32,201 bases of DNA from an uncultured Anaerolineaceae bacterium (GTDB taxonomy: Bacteria; Chloroflexota; Anaerolineae; Anaerolineales; Anaerolineaceae). Of the stretch, positions 7,861 to 17,811 are shown in pieces. The translations under genes were made by a program, and so were the position numbers. Each line of letters opens with the position of its first letter. Position 1 is the stretch's first letter. The notes beneath the pieces are model-generated. The model made no database searches and was not told the origin of the DNA. It saw only the letters and a list, made by a program, of their open reading frames with translations. The stretch spans positions 1-32,201 of the forward strand of contig CAYVRH010000001.1 of NCBI GenBank assembly GCA_964452955.1, read 5' to 3'.

Positions 7861-8457
7861 ATGGTAAAAATATTACTGGCAAGCAACAATTCTGGTAAGC
7901 TACGCGAAGCCAGAGCAATATTAGCAGCTTCTAGCCTGGAAGTCATCTCGCCTTTAAGCCTTGGAATTTCTTTGGAAGTCCCTGAAATTGGACATACTTA
8001 TCTTGAGAATGCCACGCTGAAAGCCAAAGCTTTTTTTGATGCCACCCATCTTCCCTGCCTGGCAGATGACAGCGGTCTTGAAGTTGAAGCCCTGAATGGG
8101 GCGCCGGGCGTATTTTCTCATCGGTTTTCCGGCTCTGAACTTCACACTGATGCAGAGCGTTGTAAATACTTAATTGAAAAATTGCAACCCTTTCCCAAAC
8201 CCTGGAAAGCTGCTTTTCATTGTTTTACAGTTTTTTATGATGGGGAAATACTGGAATCCAGTCATGGGATCTGTCGGGGTGAAATAAATGAAACCCCCAA
8301 AGGGCATCACGGATTTGGATATGACCCCATCTTCAAGTTGGAAGGTTATTCATTGACGATGGCGGAGGCAGGAGAAACCTTAAAAAACAGCGTCAGCCAT
8401 CGGGCTGACGCGCTAAATAAACTTAAACCTTTTTTGAAATACTACTTCAAGCTCTAG
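7861..8457 (+). CDS. rdgB: Non-canonical purine NTP pyrophosphatase RdgB/HAM1 (dITP/XTP pyrophosphatase), 198 aa
   Basis: The sequence contains MVKILLASNNSGKLREA, LADDSGLEVEALNGAPGVFSHRF, GFGYDPIF and SHRADAL. I moved the start to ATG 7861, which matches the family N-terminus; ATG 7849 is the alternative. Confidence 0.9.
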   Translation: MVKILLASNNSGKLREARAILAASSLEVISPLSLGISLEVPEIGHTYLENATLKAKAFFDATHLPCLADDSGLEVEALNGAPGVFSHRFSGSELHTDAERCKYLIEKLQPFPKPWKAAFHCFTVFYDGEILESSHGICRGEINETPKGHHGFGYDPIFKLEGYSLTMAEAGETLKNSVSHRADALNKLKPFLKYYFKL

Positions 8458-8945
8458 CCTTGCTTATACCCAAAACGCCGCAATAAAGCTTGCCTTTTCC
8501 GAATATCCTCCTCGGTTTCGACACCGAGTGGAGATTGACCATCGACCACGCCCAAAACCCCTCTGCCCACTGGGCTTTCTGCCAAAATTACCTCAACCGG
8601 GTTGGCCGTGGCGCAATAAATATTGCAGACTTCAGAAACACTCTTGACTGCATTCAAAATATTGATGGGATAGAAACCTGATCCAAGAAAAAGGAAGAAT
8701 GTGTGCCCAGCGCCGACAGCCATGGCATTTTCTGCCGCAAGTTCGATCAAGGCTGGATCCGTTCCGGCTGTACGAATTAATCTGTCAGTGGACGCTTCAC
8801 AAAAAGCTAGGCCAAATTTGATTCCTGGAACAGCAGCAACGCACACTTCGTACAGGTCTTCTACAGTTTTAATGAAATGAGATTGTCCAAAGACAAAGTT
8901 CAACTCTTCAGAATTTTTGACATTAACGGTGACTATGTTCATCAT
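8454..8945 (-). CDS. Adenosine-specific kinase family protein (PF04008-like, mostly archaeal family), ~163 aa
   Basis: The product is MMNIVTVNVKNSEELNFVFGQSHFIKTVEDLYEVCVAAVPGIKFGLAFCEAS...GAGHTFFLFL...INILNAVKSVSEVCNIYCATANP..VGRGVLGVVDG.SPLGVETEEDIRKRQALLRRFGYK. This matches my memory of PF04008 proteins (..GQAHFIKTVEDL..PGIKFG.AFCEAS..GRGVLGVVDG..P.GVE..). GGAGG lies upstream of the ATGATG pair at 8945/8942. Confidence 0.6.
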   Translation of the reverse strand: MMNIVTVNVKNSEELNFVFGQSHFIKTVEDLYEVCVAAVPGIKFGLAFCEASTDRLIRTAGTDPALIELAAENAMAVGAGHTFFLFLGSGFYPINILNAVKSVSEVCNIYCATANPVEVILAESPVGRGVLGVVDGQSPLGVETEEDIRKRQALLRRFGYKQG

Positions 8946-8962
8946 GCGCCTCCATTGGCATT

Positions 8963-8990
8963 TTAACATGAACCTTAGTTAGGGTAAAAT
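8963..8990 (+). promoter_or_regulatory. Candidate sigma70-type promoter TTAACA-N16-TAAAAT, ending 6 nt before the ATG at 8997 (leaderless geometry)
   Basis: TTAACA lies at 8963-8968, followed by a 16-nt spacer and TAAAAT at 8985-8990. TTTGGC then precedes the ATG. Confidence 0.4.
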
Positions 8991-8996
8991 TTTGGC

Positions 8997-10055
8997 ATGC
9001 GAAAGAGATGGGCAAGACCCTTAAGCGGTGGCGTGATTCTCTTATTCCTGTTGCTACAGGCTTGCAGCGCAGGGCTGGCGGCAAGACCTCAGCTCACCGG
9101 TGGCAATTCCGGAATGTCCGCCGCTTCCAGCCCTACTCCTTTGCCAACATTTACCCCCACCCCGGCAGCCTTGGGAACCGGTGAAAACCCAATTACATTG
9201 GGTTTGATCGGCTCATGGAACAAACAGGACCAGAAATTGGCCTTGGACCAACTGGTTTTGAATTTACAGCAGGATCTGAACCTCCAATTCGCCTACGAAT
9301 ATTATGCTGGCTATTTTGAACTCGAGGAGTCAATCCTGAACGGCAAGGTTGATTTCACTTTTTTGGGACCCATTGAATATATCATTGGCAAACAAAAAGA
9401 CCTGCTGGCGGCTGGGCTGGTCAGCACCCACGCCGGTGTAAAGTCTTATGGCACCCAATTTTTTGCCCATAAGGACGCAAAATTTCAAGCTTTTTTTGAC
9501 CCAACCACCAACACATCCAACGCCAATCCTGCCAACGCATTACGGCAATTCAATGGCACAAAAGGCTGTTTTATCAGCGAGGATAGCTTGTCCGGTTATT
9601 GGGTTCCCATGGGTTATCTGATCGGTGCGAACATCCCGATCCAGGAACCGGTTTTTACCCAATCCAGTGCGGCCAGTTTGCGCTCACTCTACATCCAGGG
9701 TGTTTGTCAATTCGCGGTCACTTATTCTTCCATTAGCGATCCGCGTACCGCGTCGAATGTGATTACAGATTTGCCGGATATCATGGACAAGGTGCCAATT
9801 ATTTGGGCATCCCCACCAGTAATTCCCAACCACGCCGTTTTTTATTCCAACAGTCTGGCGCTTCCGATGCAGGCAAAGATATCCGAGCACCTCATCCAAT
9901 TCTCCAATACAATTGAAGGACGGGATTTGCTGAGTAAAGCGTTGGATTATGAAATTAATGGACTTTCCGGTGTTCCTGACAGTTTCTACGACCCTCTTCG
10001 TGCTCTTCTGGAGGTACAGGATATTCGCCTTTCCGATTTGCTCGAACTTCCATAG
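8997..10055 (+). CDS. Lipoprotein, PhnD-like (phosphate/phosphonate-type) ABC substrate-binding protein family, 352 aa
   Basis: The signal peptide carries a lipobox-like LLLQAC|S, followed by a Pro/Thr/Ser linker (SSPTPLPTFTPTPAALGTG). The mature domain has PITLGLIG..., VDFTFLGPIEY and DSLSGYWVPMGYL, typical of the PhnD/PF12974 fold. No permease or ATPase gene is adjacent. Confidence 0.6.
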   Translation: MRKRWARPLSGGVILLFLLLQACSAGLAARPQLTGGNSGMSAASSPTPLPTFTPTPAALGTGENPITLGLIGSWNKQDQKLALDQLVLNLQQDLNLQFAYEYYAGYFELEESILNGKVDFTFLGPIEYIIGKQKDLLAAGLVSTHAGVKSYGTQFFAHKDAKFQAFFDPTTNTSNANPANALRQFNGTKGCFISEDSLSGYWVPMGYLIGANIPIQEPVFTQSSAASLRSLYIQGVCQFAVTYSSISDPRTASNVITDLPDIMDKVPIIWASPPVIPNHAVFYSNSLALPMQAKISEHLIQFSNTIEGRDLLSKALDYEINGLSGVPDSFYDPLRALLEVQDIRLSDLLELP

Positions 10056-10057
10056 AT

Positions 10058-10687
10058 ATGCTCAAGAAGATATCCCTTTTTGCTCTAGCTTGCATTCTCT
10101 TCATAGTGGCACTCAATTTCCACGTTTATCAGCAGTCAGCAGCTTACATTTTGCCGACCACCGCAGAAGAAACGTTTCCAGCTGGGATCGTACCTGGGGC
10201 TGGGCTAAATCGGGATAAAACACCAAGCCTGGCATTGAGGGATCGCCTGGACGGTGCGCTTAGATTTTACGCGCAACAGAGAATCAATAAAATCCTTGTG
10301 AGCGGTGATAATCGCTTCGTCTACTACGATGAGCCTACTGCTATGCGCAATTATCTGGTGGAAAAAAGCGTTCCTGCTGCTGATGTGGTACGCGATTTCG
10401 CCGGACAGCGCACCTATGATACCTGTTATCGAGCTAAACACATCTTCGGTTTAGATCGAGTGCTCATTTTTACCCAAAGCTATCACCTTTGGCGAGCGGT
10501 TTACTTATGCCGGGCTTTGGGCTTGGATGCCTATGGAATCGCCGTCGAGCAATCGGATTACATCCCTTCACGCTACCGTTACTGGCTTTTTCGGGAGATC
10601 TTCGCCCGCGTCAGCGCGGTCTGGGATGTCAACATCCGTAAACCAATACCCATACTTGGCGATCCAGAGCCCATCTTTCCGGAATAA
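10058..10687 (+). CDS. sanA: SanA/YdcF (DUF218) family envelope protein, 209 aa
   Basis: An N-terminal TM anchor is followed by SGDNRFVYYDEPTAMRNYLVEKSVPAADVVRDFAGQRTYDTCYRAKHIFGLDRVLIFTQSYHLWRAVYLCRALG. This is collinear with E. coli SanA (SGDN..YNEP..M...L...GV....IVLDYAGFRT.DS..R....F......IITQ.FH..RA..IA) from memory. The start lies 2 nt after the upstream stop. Confidence 0.8.
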   Translation: MLKKISLFALACILFIVALNFHVYQQSAAYILPTTAEETFPAGIVPGAGLNRDKTPSLALRDRLDGALRFYAQQRINKILVSGDNRFVYYDEPTAMRNYLVEKSVPAADVVRDFAGQRTYDTCYRAKHIFGLDRVLIFTQSYHLWRAVYLCRALGLDAYGIAVEQSDYIPSRYRYWLFREIFARVSAVWDVNIRKPIPILGDPEPIFPE

Positions 10688-10721
10688 TCCGATTTTTTCG
10701 CAAGACTAATCTGTTATTGTC

Positions 10722-13169
10722 CTACTTGTCTCCCCAATAGCTGGAGCAATCTTCAAGCGGCGTGAAACCAATCACATTGTCTCCGGGTTTTAGTGTGAAT
10801 AAGGAGACTCCACTGGCAGCTCGTTTGCGCGACGGCGCGTTGGTTATCTGGAAGACCTTGCTGGCTTGCTTGCTAAAGTGGCAAATACCTTTATCAGTCA
10901 GTTTCCCAACTATCTGTGCAGCCACCTGGTCATTCGCAGGCAGCTTCCAGGAAATCACTCCCTGGCCATATCTGCCCTGTACAGGGAACTCATCCGCGGT
11001 TGTACGTTTGGCAAGCCCTTCAGTGGAGATCAAACCCACTTCATCTTTTTCTGAAATGATGCTGGCCCCAACTACATAATCGCCCTCTTTGAGTTTGATG
11101 GCATTGACTCCCGCGGCAACCAAACCCATTGGCCGCACTTCCTCTTCATTGAAGCGAATGGACATACCATTGGCGGTTGTGAGCAGCAAATCCTGCTTGC
11201 CTTCTGTGAGCAAAACCTCAAAAATTTCATCATCTTCGTTGGTTTTTGCCAATACAAAGCTGCTGGCGGAAGCGCCTGGCAATTCGTTTATGGCCGTCCG
11301 TTTGATCATGCCATTTCTTGTGACCGTTGTAACATAATGGCCGTTTTCTTCTTCACGGTTCATTGGAAGACCAAAAACCGCCAGTAAATCATCATTTTCA
11401 GCCAGAGGAGCAATCTTATGAACTCTCGCACCTTCTTCCCCATTTTTTTGGACTGGGATTGACAGCGAATGGATTGCCGCCGCCTTGCCTGAGGCAGTAA
11501 CCAGGTAAACGGTTTGGTGTGAATTGGTTCGCACCAATATCCAGGGCGCTTCTGCCCCACCCAGACGGTTGGTTTGGTCCGCCTCAGTGCGTGAAATTTT
11601 GCCTTTTTCATCAACCTGAACCCAGAAATTTTCCATTGGCATGACATCGGTCTGGGTCAGTAATTGTGAGGCGCTCTCACCTTCACCCAAATGAATGATC
11701 TGAGTGCGCCTTGCATCCGCGTAGCGTTCCCGGATCTCCTTCAATTCACCGATAACCACCTGGCGCATGGCAGATGGCGATTTCAATAAAATATTCAAAC
11801 GTTCAATAGCCGCATTAATGTTGGCGAATTCTTCATCGATTTTCTTGCGTTCAAGTGATGCCAAGCGGCGCAAGGGCATCTCAAGGATGGCATTGGCTTG
11901 GATCTCATCCAGTTTGAAGCGGCTCATCAGGTTTTGACGGGCATCTTCAGTTGTAGCAGACTTGCGGATGATGTTGATGACTTCATCAATATTCTTCAAA
12001 GCGATTTTGAGCGCTGCCAGGATGTGAAGGCGTTCTTGAAAACGCTTGAGCTCGAACATACTTCGGCGCTTCACAACTTCCAGTCGGTGTTCGCAAAAAA
12101 CCTTCAGCGCTTGTTTCAAGGACAGTTTGTGCGGGCTGCCGTCCACAAGTGCCAATAGGTTAATGCCAAAGGTGCTGTGCATGGGGGTTCGCTTGTAAAG
12201 CGTCTTCAACACAGCTTCAGGGTCGGCATTTTTGGCAAGGTCAATCACGATTCGCATCCCCTGACGGTCGGATTCGTCCCGGAGATCTGAGACCCCTTCA
12301 AGCGATCCATCGCGCACGATATCCGCAATGCGCTCGATGAGATTGGCCTTGTTGACCATGTAAGGTAATTCAGTGACGATAATGCGGGTGCGACCCCGGC
12401 TGATTTCCTCAAGACGGGTCCGGGCGCGAATTTGGATCAGGCCATTCCCGCTTCCATAAATTGTGGCCAGGCTTTCAGCTTTTGCATCCTGCAGGATCAT
12501 GCCGCCAGTCGGAAAGTCAGGTCCCTTGATATAGCGCATCAAGTCCTCAACCGTCAGATCGTCCAGCCTATCCCAATGGTCGAGCATCAGCACCAATCCA
12601 TCCACAACTTCCCCAAGATTATGTGGCGGAATGTTGGTGGCCATGCCAACGGCAATACCAGAGGCACCATTCACCAACAGGTTGGGTATCGCGGAAGGCA
12701 GGACAGAGGGCTCTTTGAGAGTGCCATCAAAGTTCTCGGAGAAATCGACCGTGTCCATGTCCAACTGATTGAGGACTTCCATCGCAGGGTTAGAAAGGCG
12801 GGCTTCCGTGTATCGCATGGCCGCGGGTGGGTCTCCATCGATACTGCCAAAATTACCCTGGCCGTCCACCAGGGTGTAGCGTTCAGAAAAATCCTGGGCC
12901 ATACGGGCCATGGCTTCATAGACAGCGGAATCACCATGGGGGTGGTATTTACCCAATACTTCGCCAACGATACGAGCGGATTTCTTGTGCGCCAAATCCG
13001 GCCTGACACCCATATCGTACATGGCGTAGAGGATGCGTCGCTGAACAGGTTTTAACCCATCCCGGGCATCTGGCAGAGCCCTGGAGACAATTACGCTCAT
13101 CGCATAATCGAGGTAGGACTGCTGCATTTCCGTATTAATGTTGATTTTCTTGATCGCTGTCTGATCCAT
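10722..13169 (-). CDS. gyrA: Type IIA topoisomerase subunit A, most likely DNA gyrase subunit A, 815 aa
   Basis: The sequence contains [29 protein letters not shown], the [19 protein letters not shown], the active-site Tyr in [10 protein letters not shown], and a C-terminal beta-pinwheel region. The GyrA-box is degenerate (see findings), so ParC cannot be fully excluded. Confidence 0.85.
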   Translation of the reverse strand: MDQTAIKKININTEMQQSYLDYAMSVIVSRALPDARDGLKPVQRRILYAMYDMGVRPDLAHKKSARIVGEVLGKYHPHGDSAVYEAMARMAQDFSERYTLVDGQGNFGSIDGDPPAAMRYTEARLSNPAMEVLNQLDMDTVDFSENFDGTLKEPSVLPSAIPNLLVNGASGIAVGMATNIPPHNLGEVVDGLVLMLDHWDRLDDLTVEDLMRYIKGPDFPTGGMILQDAKAESLATIYGSGNGLIQIRARTRLEEISRGRTRIIVTELPYMVNKANLIERIADIVRDGSLEGVSDLRDESDRQGMRIVIDLAKNADPEAVLKTLYKRTPMHSTFGINLLALVDGSPHKLSLKQALKVFCEHRLEVVKRRSMFELKRFQERLHILAALKIALKNIDEVINIIRKSATTEDARQNLMSRFKLDEIQANAILEMPLRRLASLERKKIDEEFANINAAIERLNILLKSPSAMRQVVIGELKEIRERYADARRTQIIHLGEGESASQLLTQTDVMPMENFWVQVDEKGKISRTEADQTNRLGGAEAPWILVRTNSHQTVYLVTASGKAAAIHSLSIPVQKNGEEGARVHKIAPLAENDDLLAVFGLPMNREEENGHYVTTVTRNGMIKRTAINELPGASASSFVLAKTNEDDEIFEVLLTEGKQDLLLTTANGMSIRFNEEEVRPMGLVAAGVNAIKLKEGDYVVGASIISEKDEVGLISTEGLAKRTTADEFPVQGRYGQGVISWKLPANDQVAAQIVGKLTDKGICHFSKQASKVFQITNAPSRKRAASGVSLFTLKPGDNVIGFTPLEDCSSYWGDK

Positions 13170-13211
13170 AAGGAGACCTATTCTTTGCTGATTTTTCGGA
13201 TATTCGGGGTA

Positions 13212-13220
13212 AATATAGCA
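13212..13220 (-). promoter_or_regulatory. Candidate extended -10 promoter (TGcTATATT) for gyrA
   Basis: The minus strand reads TGCTATATT about 42 nt upstream of the gyrA ATG and downstream of the rpoC terminator. This is motif-only evidence. Confidence 0.35.
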
Positions 13221-13296
13221 TAAACAGCCTGGAAATTGTGCCCCCCTTTATTTGGGCTTGTGTGGAACCGAAAATTGCACGGGAGTTTATTAAATG

Positions 13297-13326
13297 AAAA
13301 AGGAGAGGTTTTTCACCTCTCCTTTT
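13297..13326 (-). terminator. Rho-independent terminator after rpoC
   Basis: AAAAGGAGAGGT (13298-13309) pairs with ACCTCTCCTTTT (13315-13326) around a 5-nt loop. On the minus strand the GC-rich core GGAGAGGU/ACCUCUCC is followed by UUUUUCAUUU. It sits 16 nt past the rpoC stop. Confidence 0.65.
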
Positions 13327-13342
13327 GACTCAGATTTGATAA

Positions 13343-16300
13343 TTATTCTTCGTCGTCGATGGCAGTGTCGACCTCAAGGTCGAAATCGTCAATGTCATGA
13401 TCGAACACGGCATCATCGTCATCCATATCATTGAAGCTATGGTAGCTGCCTTCTTCTCCATTGTTTTCGCGGAGGATACCAGCAATACCATTTTCATCAT
13501 CGAAGCGGCCTGGCACAAAGCCGGTACCAGCTGGGATCAGTTTACCGATAATAACGTTTTCCTTCAAGCCATAGAGCGGATCTTCCTTGGATGCAATCGC
13601 AGCTCCAGCTAACACTTTGATGGTGTGCTGGAACGAAGATGCTGACAGGAAGGAGTCCGTGCTGAGTGAGGCCTTCGAAATGCCTAGCAAAATCTCGACA
13701 AAGCGGGCAGGTTTCTTACCTTCGGCTACCAGGCGGTCGTTGATACGGCGGATTTCAAGGCGGTCCACCAAGTCCTGGGGTAGGAATTCGCTATCACCAG
13801 GTCGGGTAATTTGTACTTTGTTGAGCATCTTGCGGATGATCACTTCAAAGTGCTTGTCATTGATATTCTGACCCTGGGTGCGATAAACCTGCTGGATCTC
13901 TTTCAGGAGATAAAGCTCAGTCTCATTGCGGCCTTTGATCTTGAGGATGGTGTGCGGGTTCAAAGAACCTTCTGTTAGCGGTTCCCCAGCTTCCACTTTT
14001 TGGCCATCTTTCATAATCAGGCGCGCGGTGGTCGGAATCTCATATTCTTCCTTTTCCTGGATTTCATATGAGACGATGACCTTATTGCCTTCTATACGCA
14101 CTCTACCGCCATTTTGCGCGGTAATGCTTGCCTTTTCGTTGACAGCTAACACATCACCAGGGGCAACAACGGTTTCCTCTGAAACTTTGATCTCCCAACC
14201 TTCCATGATTTCGTATGTATCGGAGACCATCTCAGAATTTTCAACTTTTACAGTGCGCAATTCAGAATTCTTTTCGTTTACGATCAAGCGCGCGGTGCCC
14301 TTGATAGCGCTGACCACAGCTTCACCCTTTGGCATACGGCGAGCTTCAAACAATTCTTCCACACGGGGCAGACCGGTTGTAATGTCACCGCCGGCAGCAA
14401 CACCACCGGTATGGAAGGTACGCAGGGTCAGCTGCGTGCCAGGCTCACCAATGGATTGGGCAGCAACAGTACCAACCGCGGCCCCCAATTTGACCATCTC
14501 GTTGCGGCCTAGATCATAGCCATAGCATTTTGCACAAACGCCATGTACCAGTTCACAGGTTAATGGAGACCGAACTTTGATGGTCTTGATGCCAGAGACT
14601 ACAGCTTTACGGGTTAGTTCTTTGTTGAGAACTTCATTGCGTTCAGCAATCACTTCACCACTGGTTGGGTCAATCAGCCTGTCAGCCAGAACACGCCCAA
14701 AAATTCGTTCGCTATAAGGTTGCCCGGCCACATCATCAGCCGCGTTGATATACAAGCCTTCGAGTGTGCCGCAATCTTCATTATTGATGATCTGATCCTG
14801 GGCAATATCAACCAGACGGCGAGTCAAATAACCGGCATCGGCCGTACGCAGAGCGGTATCCGCCAGACCCTTACGCGCACCATGAGTGGAAATGAAGTAT
14901 TCCAGGGCAGTCAGACCTTCACGGAAGTTGGATGAAATTGGCATGGGAATAATACGGCCAGATGGGTCAGCCATCAAACCGCGCATACCCGCCAACTGGG
15001 AAATTGGGCTAAATCCACCCTTCGTAGCACCTGAGTTGGCCATAGTAGCCAAGTTGCCATCGGGGTCAAGATGTTTACGCACGGCATCACCCACTTTTTT
15101 GGTTGTGTCCTGCCATACTTTGATAATGCTTTCGTTTTGTTCCTGCTCGGTCAACAAACCGCGGCGGAATTGCTGCTGAATGTCCTTGACATCCAAAAGG
15201 GCTGTGTTGACAAATTCAACCTTCTCGGGCGGTACGGAAATATCGGAAACTGCCATGGTCGAGCCGGATTGCGTCGCAAAGCGGAAGCCAACTTCTTTAA
15301 TCTCGTCAGCAACGACGGTCGTCTGATCAAGGCCGCAAATATCATAGACATCGGCAATCAGATCGCGGATGCCGCCCTTATCAAGTACCTGGTTGGTAAA
15401 GCGCATTTCAGCAGGTAAGCGATCATTTAAAATGACGCGACCAACGGTTGTCTCAAGGATCCTGGTTTCAACCTGCGGCAGGCGATTATGTTTTTCGTCA
15501 TACCAGGTTTCTGTCCGCAGTTTAATCTGAGTGTGCACATCCACCTGTTTCAACTGATATGCCATAAGAACTTCGTCGATAGACCCAAAGATACGTCCAT
15601 GGCCTTTCAGCTTGTTCTTATTCAACATGGTCAGGTAGTACACACCAAGAACGATGTCCTTCCCAGGGGAAATGATAGGTTCGCCACTGGCTGGCTTGAG
15701 CAAGTTTCTGCTGGCAAGCATGAGTTCGCGGGCTTCTTTTACAGCCGCATCTGAGAGCGGTACGTGAACAGCCATCTGGTCACCATCAAAGTCAGCGTTG
15801 AAAGCTGTACAAACCAATGGGTGCAACTGGATGGCGCTGCCTTCGATCAGGCGCGGTTCAAAGGCCTGGATACCCAAACGGTGAAGCGTAGGCGCACGGT
15901 TGAGCAATACAGGGCGTTGTTTGATGACTTCTTCAAGCACTTCCCAAACTTCAGGGCGATTACGCTCAATAAAGCGTTTGGCACCCTTGATATTGGAGGT
16001 GTAACCATGCTTATCCAGGCCGGCAATCACAAATGGGCGATACAGCTCAAGAGCCATGGTCTTGGGAAGGCCGCACTCAAAGAGTTTGAGGTCAGGACCA
16101 ACAACGATAACTGAGCGTCCGGAATAGTCCACGCGCTTACCCAGAAGGTTGCGGCGGAAACGGCCTTTCTTACCCTTCAGCATGTCGCTGAGTGAACGTA
16201 ATTCACGACGGCCGCGGCGGGAAAGCATGCGCCCGCGCTGTGAGTTGTCAATCAGGGAATCGACGGCTTCCTGAAGCATACGTTTTTCATTGCGGACGAT

Positions 16301-17689
16301 AACATCCGGAGCGCCTAATTCCAACAAACGCTTAAGGCGGTTGTTACGGTTGATCACACGGCGGTACAGGTCATTCAGATCAGAGGTAGCAAATCGACCG
16401 CCATCCAATTGAACCATGGGGCGTAAGTCAGGTGGAATCACAGGCAGAACGGTCAAGATCATCCATTCAGGACGGTTGCGTGAACGTCGGAAAGCTTCAA
16501 CAACCTTTAGACGCTGAGTAGCCTTCTTTCGCTTTTGTTTGCTCTTGGTGGTACGAGCTTCCTGCCAGAGATCCTCTGCCAGAGCATCCATATCGAGTCG
16601 TTTGAGGATGTCATAGAAAGCTTCCGCTCCCATGTCAGCCTTGAATACCTGGCCGTATTTGGATTTTAGATCACGATAATGCACTTCGCTTAAGAAGGTA
16701 AAGGGCTGAAGTTCGTATAACTCGTCGCGTTGACGGGCATTTTCCGTTTTTGTGGCGCCATTGTCTTCATCCAGCTGACCGCGAATGTCTTCCATGACAA
16801 TATCAGTCTTGGCTTTAATTTCGTCTTTTTGGATTTTGATGCCTTCCAGCTGACGGTTAAGCTCAACCTTCAGATCTTTTTCGAGGTCCTCGGTTAGTTC
16901 TTTTACGATTTTCTGAACTTTGTTAACGTGTTTATTGGCAACAATTTCTTCGGCCTCAACCACAGTCACATCGCCACTGTCGGCTTTGTAAACAATTGGT
17001 TTTCGGAATGATTTGCCAATCTTATCCTTGAGTTCTTGTTCGAGGCGCTGCCCTTCAGAAATCATAGGCTCAAACAGGGCCGCAGCTTTCTCATCGTATT
17101 CTTTCGTCAGCGCTTCAGCCTGGGCATCAAAATCTTTTAATTGACGATCACGCGCTTTTTTGACATCCGCGATCTGGGCATTAACTTTTTCGATTAATTC
17201 CCGTTCAGAAACGCTGATTTCATCATCCAGCCGTTTGAGGGCTTTTTGACGTGCATCTTCATCCACATAAGTCACGATGTACTGTGCAAAGTAGAGTACA
17301 CGGTCAAGGTTGCGGCGGGAGATATCCAGCAGGAGGCCTAAATAGGAAGGAATACGGCGGGTGTACCAAATATGTGCAACGGGAGCTGCAAGGTCAATAT
17401 GCCCCATACGCTCACGACGTACAGATGAACGGGTGACTTCCACACCACATTTGTCGCAGATAATTCCCTTATACCGAGGGTTTTTGTATTTGCCGCAGTA
17501 GCATTGCCAATCACGGGTGGGCCCAAAGATGGCTTCACAGAATAGACCGTCTTTTTCAGGTCGGAGACGGCGGTAGTTAATTGTTTCAGGTTTTAGAACT
17601 TCTCCATATGACCAGCTATGAATTGTTTCGGGGGATGCCAAATTGATGCGTAAGGCTTTCATTTCTTTAGTTTCCACTCGTACCTCCAA
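13343..17689 (-). CDS. rpoC: DNA-directed RNA polymerase subunit beta-prime, up to 1448 aa
   Basis: The Zn-binding [15 protein letters not shown] motif, the catalytic NADFDGDQM motif, the bridge helix and the trigger loop ([16 protein letters not shown], with no SI3-type insertion) are all present. The ORF-track start at 17689 is TTG and sits inside a GGAGGT. GTG 17677 (4 nt after GGAGGT) or ATG 17662 ([11 protein letters not shown]) may be the true start. Confidence 0.97.
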   Translation of the reverse strand: MEVRVETKEMKALRINLASPETIHSWSYGEVLKPETINYRRLRPEKDGLFCEAIFGPTRDWQCYCGKYKNPRYKGIICDKCGVEVTRSSVRRERMGHIDLAAPVAHIWYTRRIPSYLGLLLDISRRNLDRVLYFAQYIVTYVDEDARQKALKRLDDEISVSERELIEKVNAQIADVKKARDRQLKDFDAQAEALTKEYDEKAAALFEPMISEGQRLEQELKDKIGKSFRKPIVYKADSGDVTVVEAEEIVANKHVNKVQKIVKELTEDLEKDLKVELNRQLEGIKIQKDEIKAKTDIVMEDIRGQLDEDNGATKTENARQRDELYELQPFTFLSEVHYRDLKSKYGQVFKADMGAEAFYDILKRLDMDALAEDLWQEARTTKSKQKRKKATQRLKVVEAFRRSRNRPEWMILTVLPVIPPDLRPMVQLDGGRFATSDLNDLYRRVINRNNRLKRLLELGAPDVIVRNEKRMLQEAVDSLIDNSQRGRMLSRRGRRELRSLSDMLKGKKGRFRRNLLGKRVDYSGRSVIVVGPDLKLFECGLPKTMALELYRPFVIAGLDKHGYTSNIKGAKRFIERNRPEVWEVLEEVIKQRPVLLNRAPTLHRLGIQAFEPRLIEGSAIQLHPLVCTAFNADFDGDQMAVHVPLSDAAVKEARELMLASRNLLKPASGEPIISPGKDIVLGVYYLTMLNKNKLKGHGRIFGSIDEVLMAYQLKQVDVHTQIKLRTETWYDEKHNRLPQVETRILETTVGRVILNDRLPAEMRFTNQVLDKGGIRDLIADVYDICGLDQTTVVADEIKEVGFRFATQSGSTMAVSDISVPPEKVEFVNTALLDVKDIQQQFRRGLLTEQEQNESIIKVWQDTTKKVGDAVRKHLDPDGNLATMANSGATKGGFSPISQLAGMRGLMADPSGRIIPMPISSNFREGLTALEYFISTHGARKGLADTALRTADAGYLTRRLVDIAQDQIINNEDCGTLEGLYINAADDVAGQPYSERIFGRVLADRLIDPTSGEVIAERNEVLNKELTRKAVVSGIKTIKVRSPLTCELVHGVCAKCYGYDLGRNEMVKLGAAVGTVAAQSIGEPGTQLTLRTFHTGGVAAGGDITTGLPRVEELFEARRMPKGEAVVSAIKGTARLIVNEKNSELRTVKVENSEMVSDTYEIMEGWEIKVSEETVVAPGDVLAVNEKASITAQNGGRVRIEGNKVIVSYEIQEKEEYEIPTTARLIMKDGQKVEAGEPLTEGSLNPHTILKIKGRNETELYLLKEIQQVYRTQGQNINDKHFEVIIRKMLNKVQITRPGDSEFLPQDLVDRLEIRRINDRLVAEGKKPARFVEILLGISKASLSTDSFLSASSFQHTIKVLAGAAIASKEDPLYGLKENVIIGKLIPAGTGFVPGRFDDENGIAGILRENNGEEGSYHSFNDMDDDDAVFDHDIDDFDLEVDTAIDDEE

Positions 17690-17713
17690 GTTACAGACGG
17701 TGAATTAATACGC

Positions 17714-17740
17714 AAAAAATCACCGAGAAAATGATCTCAG
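17714..17740 (-). promoter_or_regulatory. Possible hairpin plus U-tract in the rpoC 5' leader (attenuator-like, weak)
   Basis: The minus-strand RNA forms CUGAGA (17740-17735) paired with UCUCGG (17728-17723) around a 6-nt loop, then UGA and U6 (complement of A17714-A17719). The stem is only 6-7 bp including one G-U pair. Confidence 0.2.
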
Positions 17741-17781
17741 CCGATTTTTGGGGTTTTACCAGTTATTCCATGCAAACTATT

Positions 17782-17811
17782 ATTATATGTAATTATAGGA
17801 ACATTTGTCAA
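17782..17811 (-). promoter_or_regulatory. Sigma70-type promoter TTGACA-N18-TATAAT upstream of rpoC
   Basis: The minus strand has a perfect TTGACA (17811-17806), an 18-nt spacer and a perfect TATAAT (17787-17782). It lies in the 135-bp gap between the histidine-kinase stop (17825) and the rpoC start and predicts a ~90-nt leader. Confidence 0.55.

Noticed and set aside
12432-13055. 207-aa plus-strand ORF, the largest unexplained ORF in the track
   Set aside because: It lies entirely antisense within the most conserved part of gyrA. Long antisense ORFs are expected there from codon bias, and it has no recognisable domain.
13926-16114. Several plus-strand ORFs (197, 115, 116, 97 aa and others) inside rpoC
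   Set aside because: All are antisense to an uninterrupted beta-prime frame with every catalytic motif present. Their products are Ser/Pro/Arg-rich nonsense.
17792-17797. A second TATAAT hexamer (minus strand) closer to the TTGACA upstream of rpoC
   Set aside because: Its spacer to TTGACA is only 8 nt. The hexamer at 17782-17787 gives an acceptable 18-nt spacer and is preferred.
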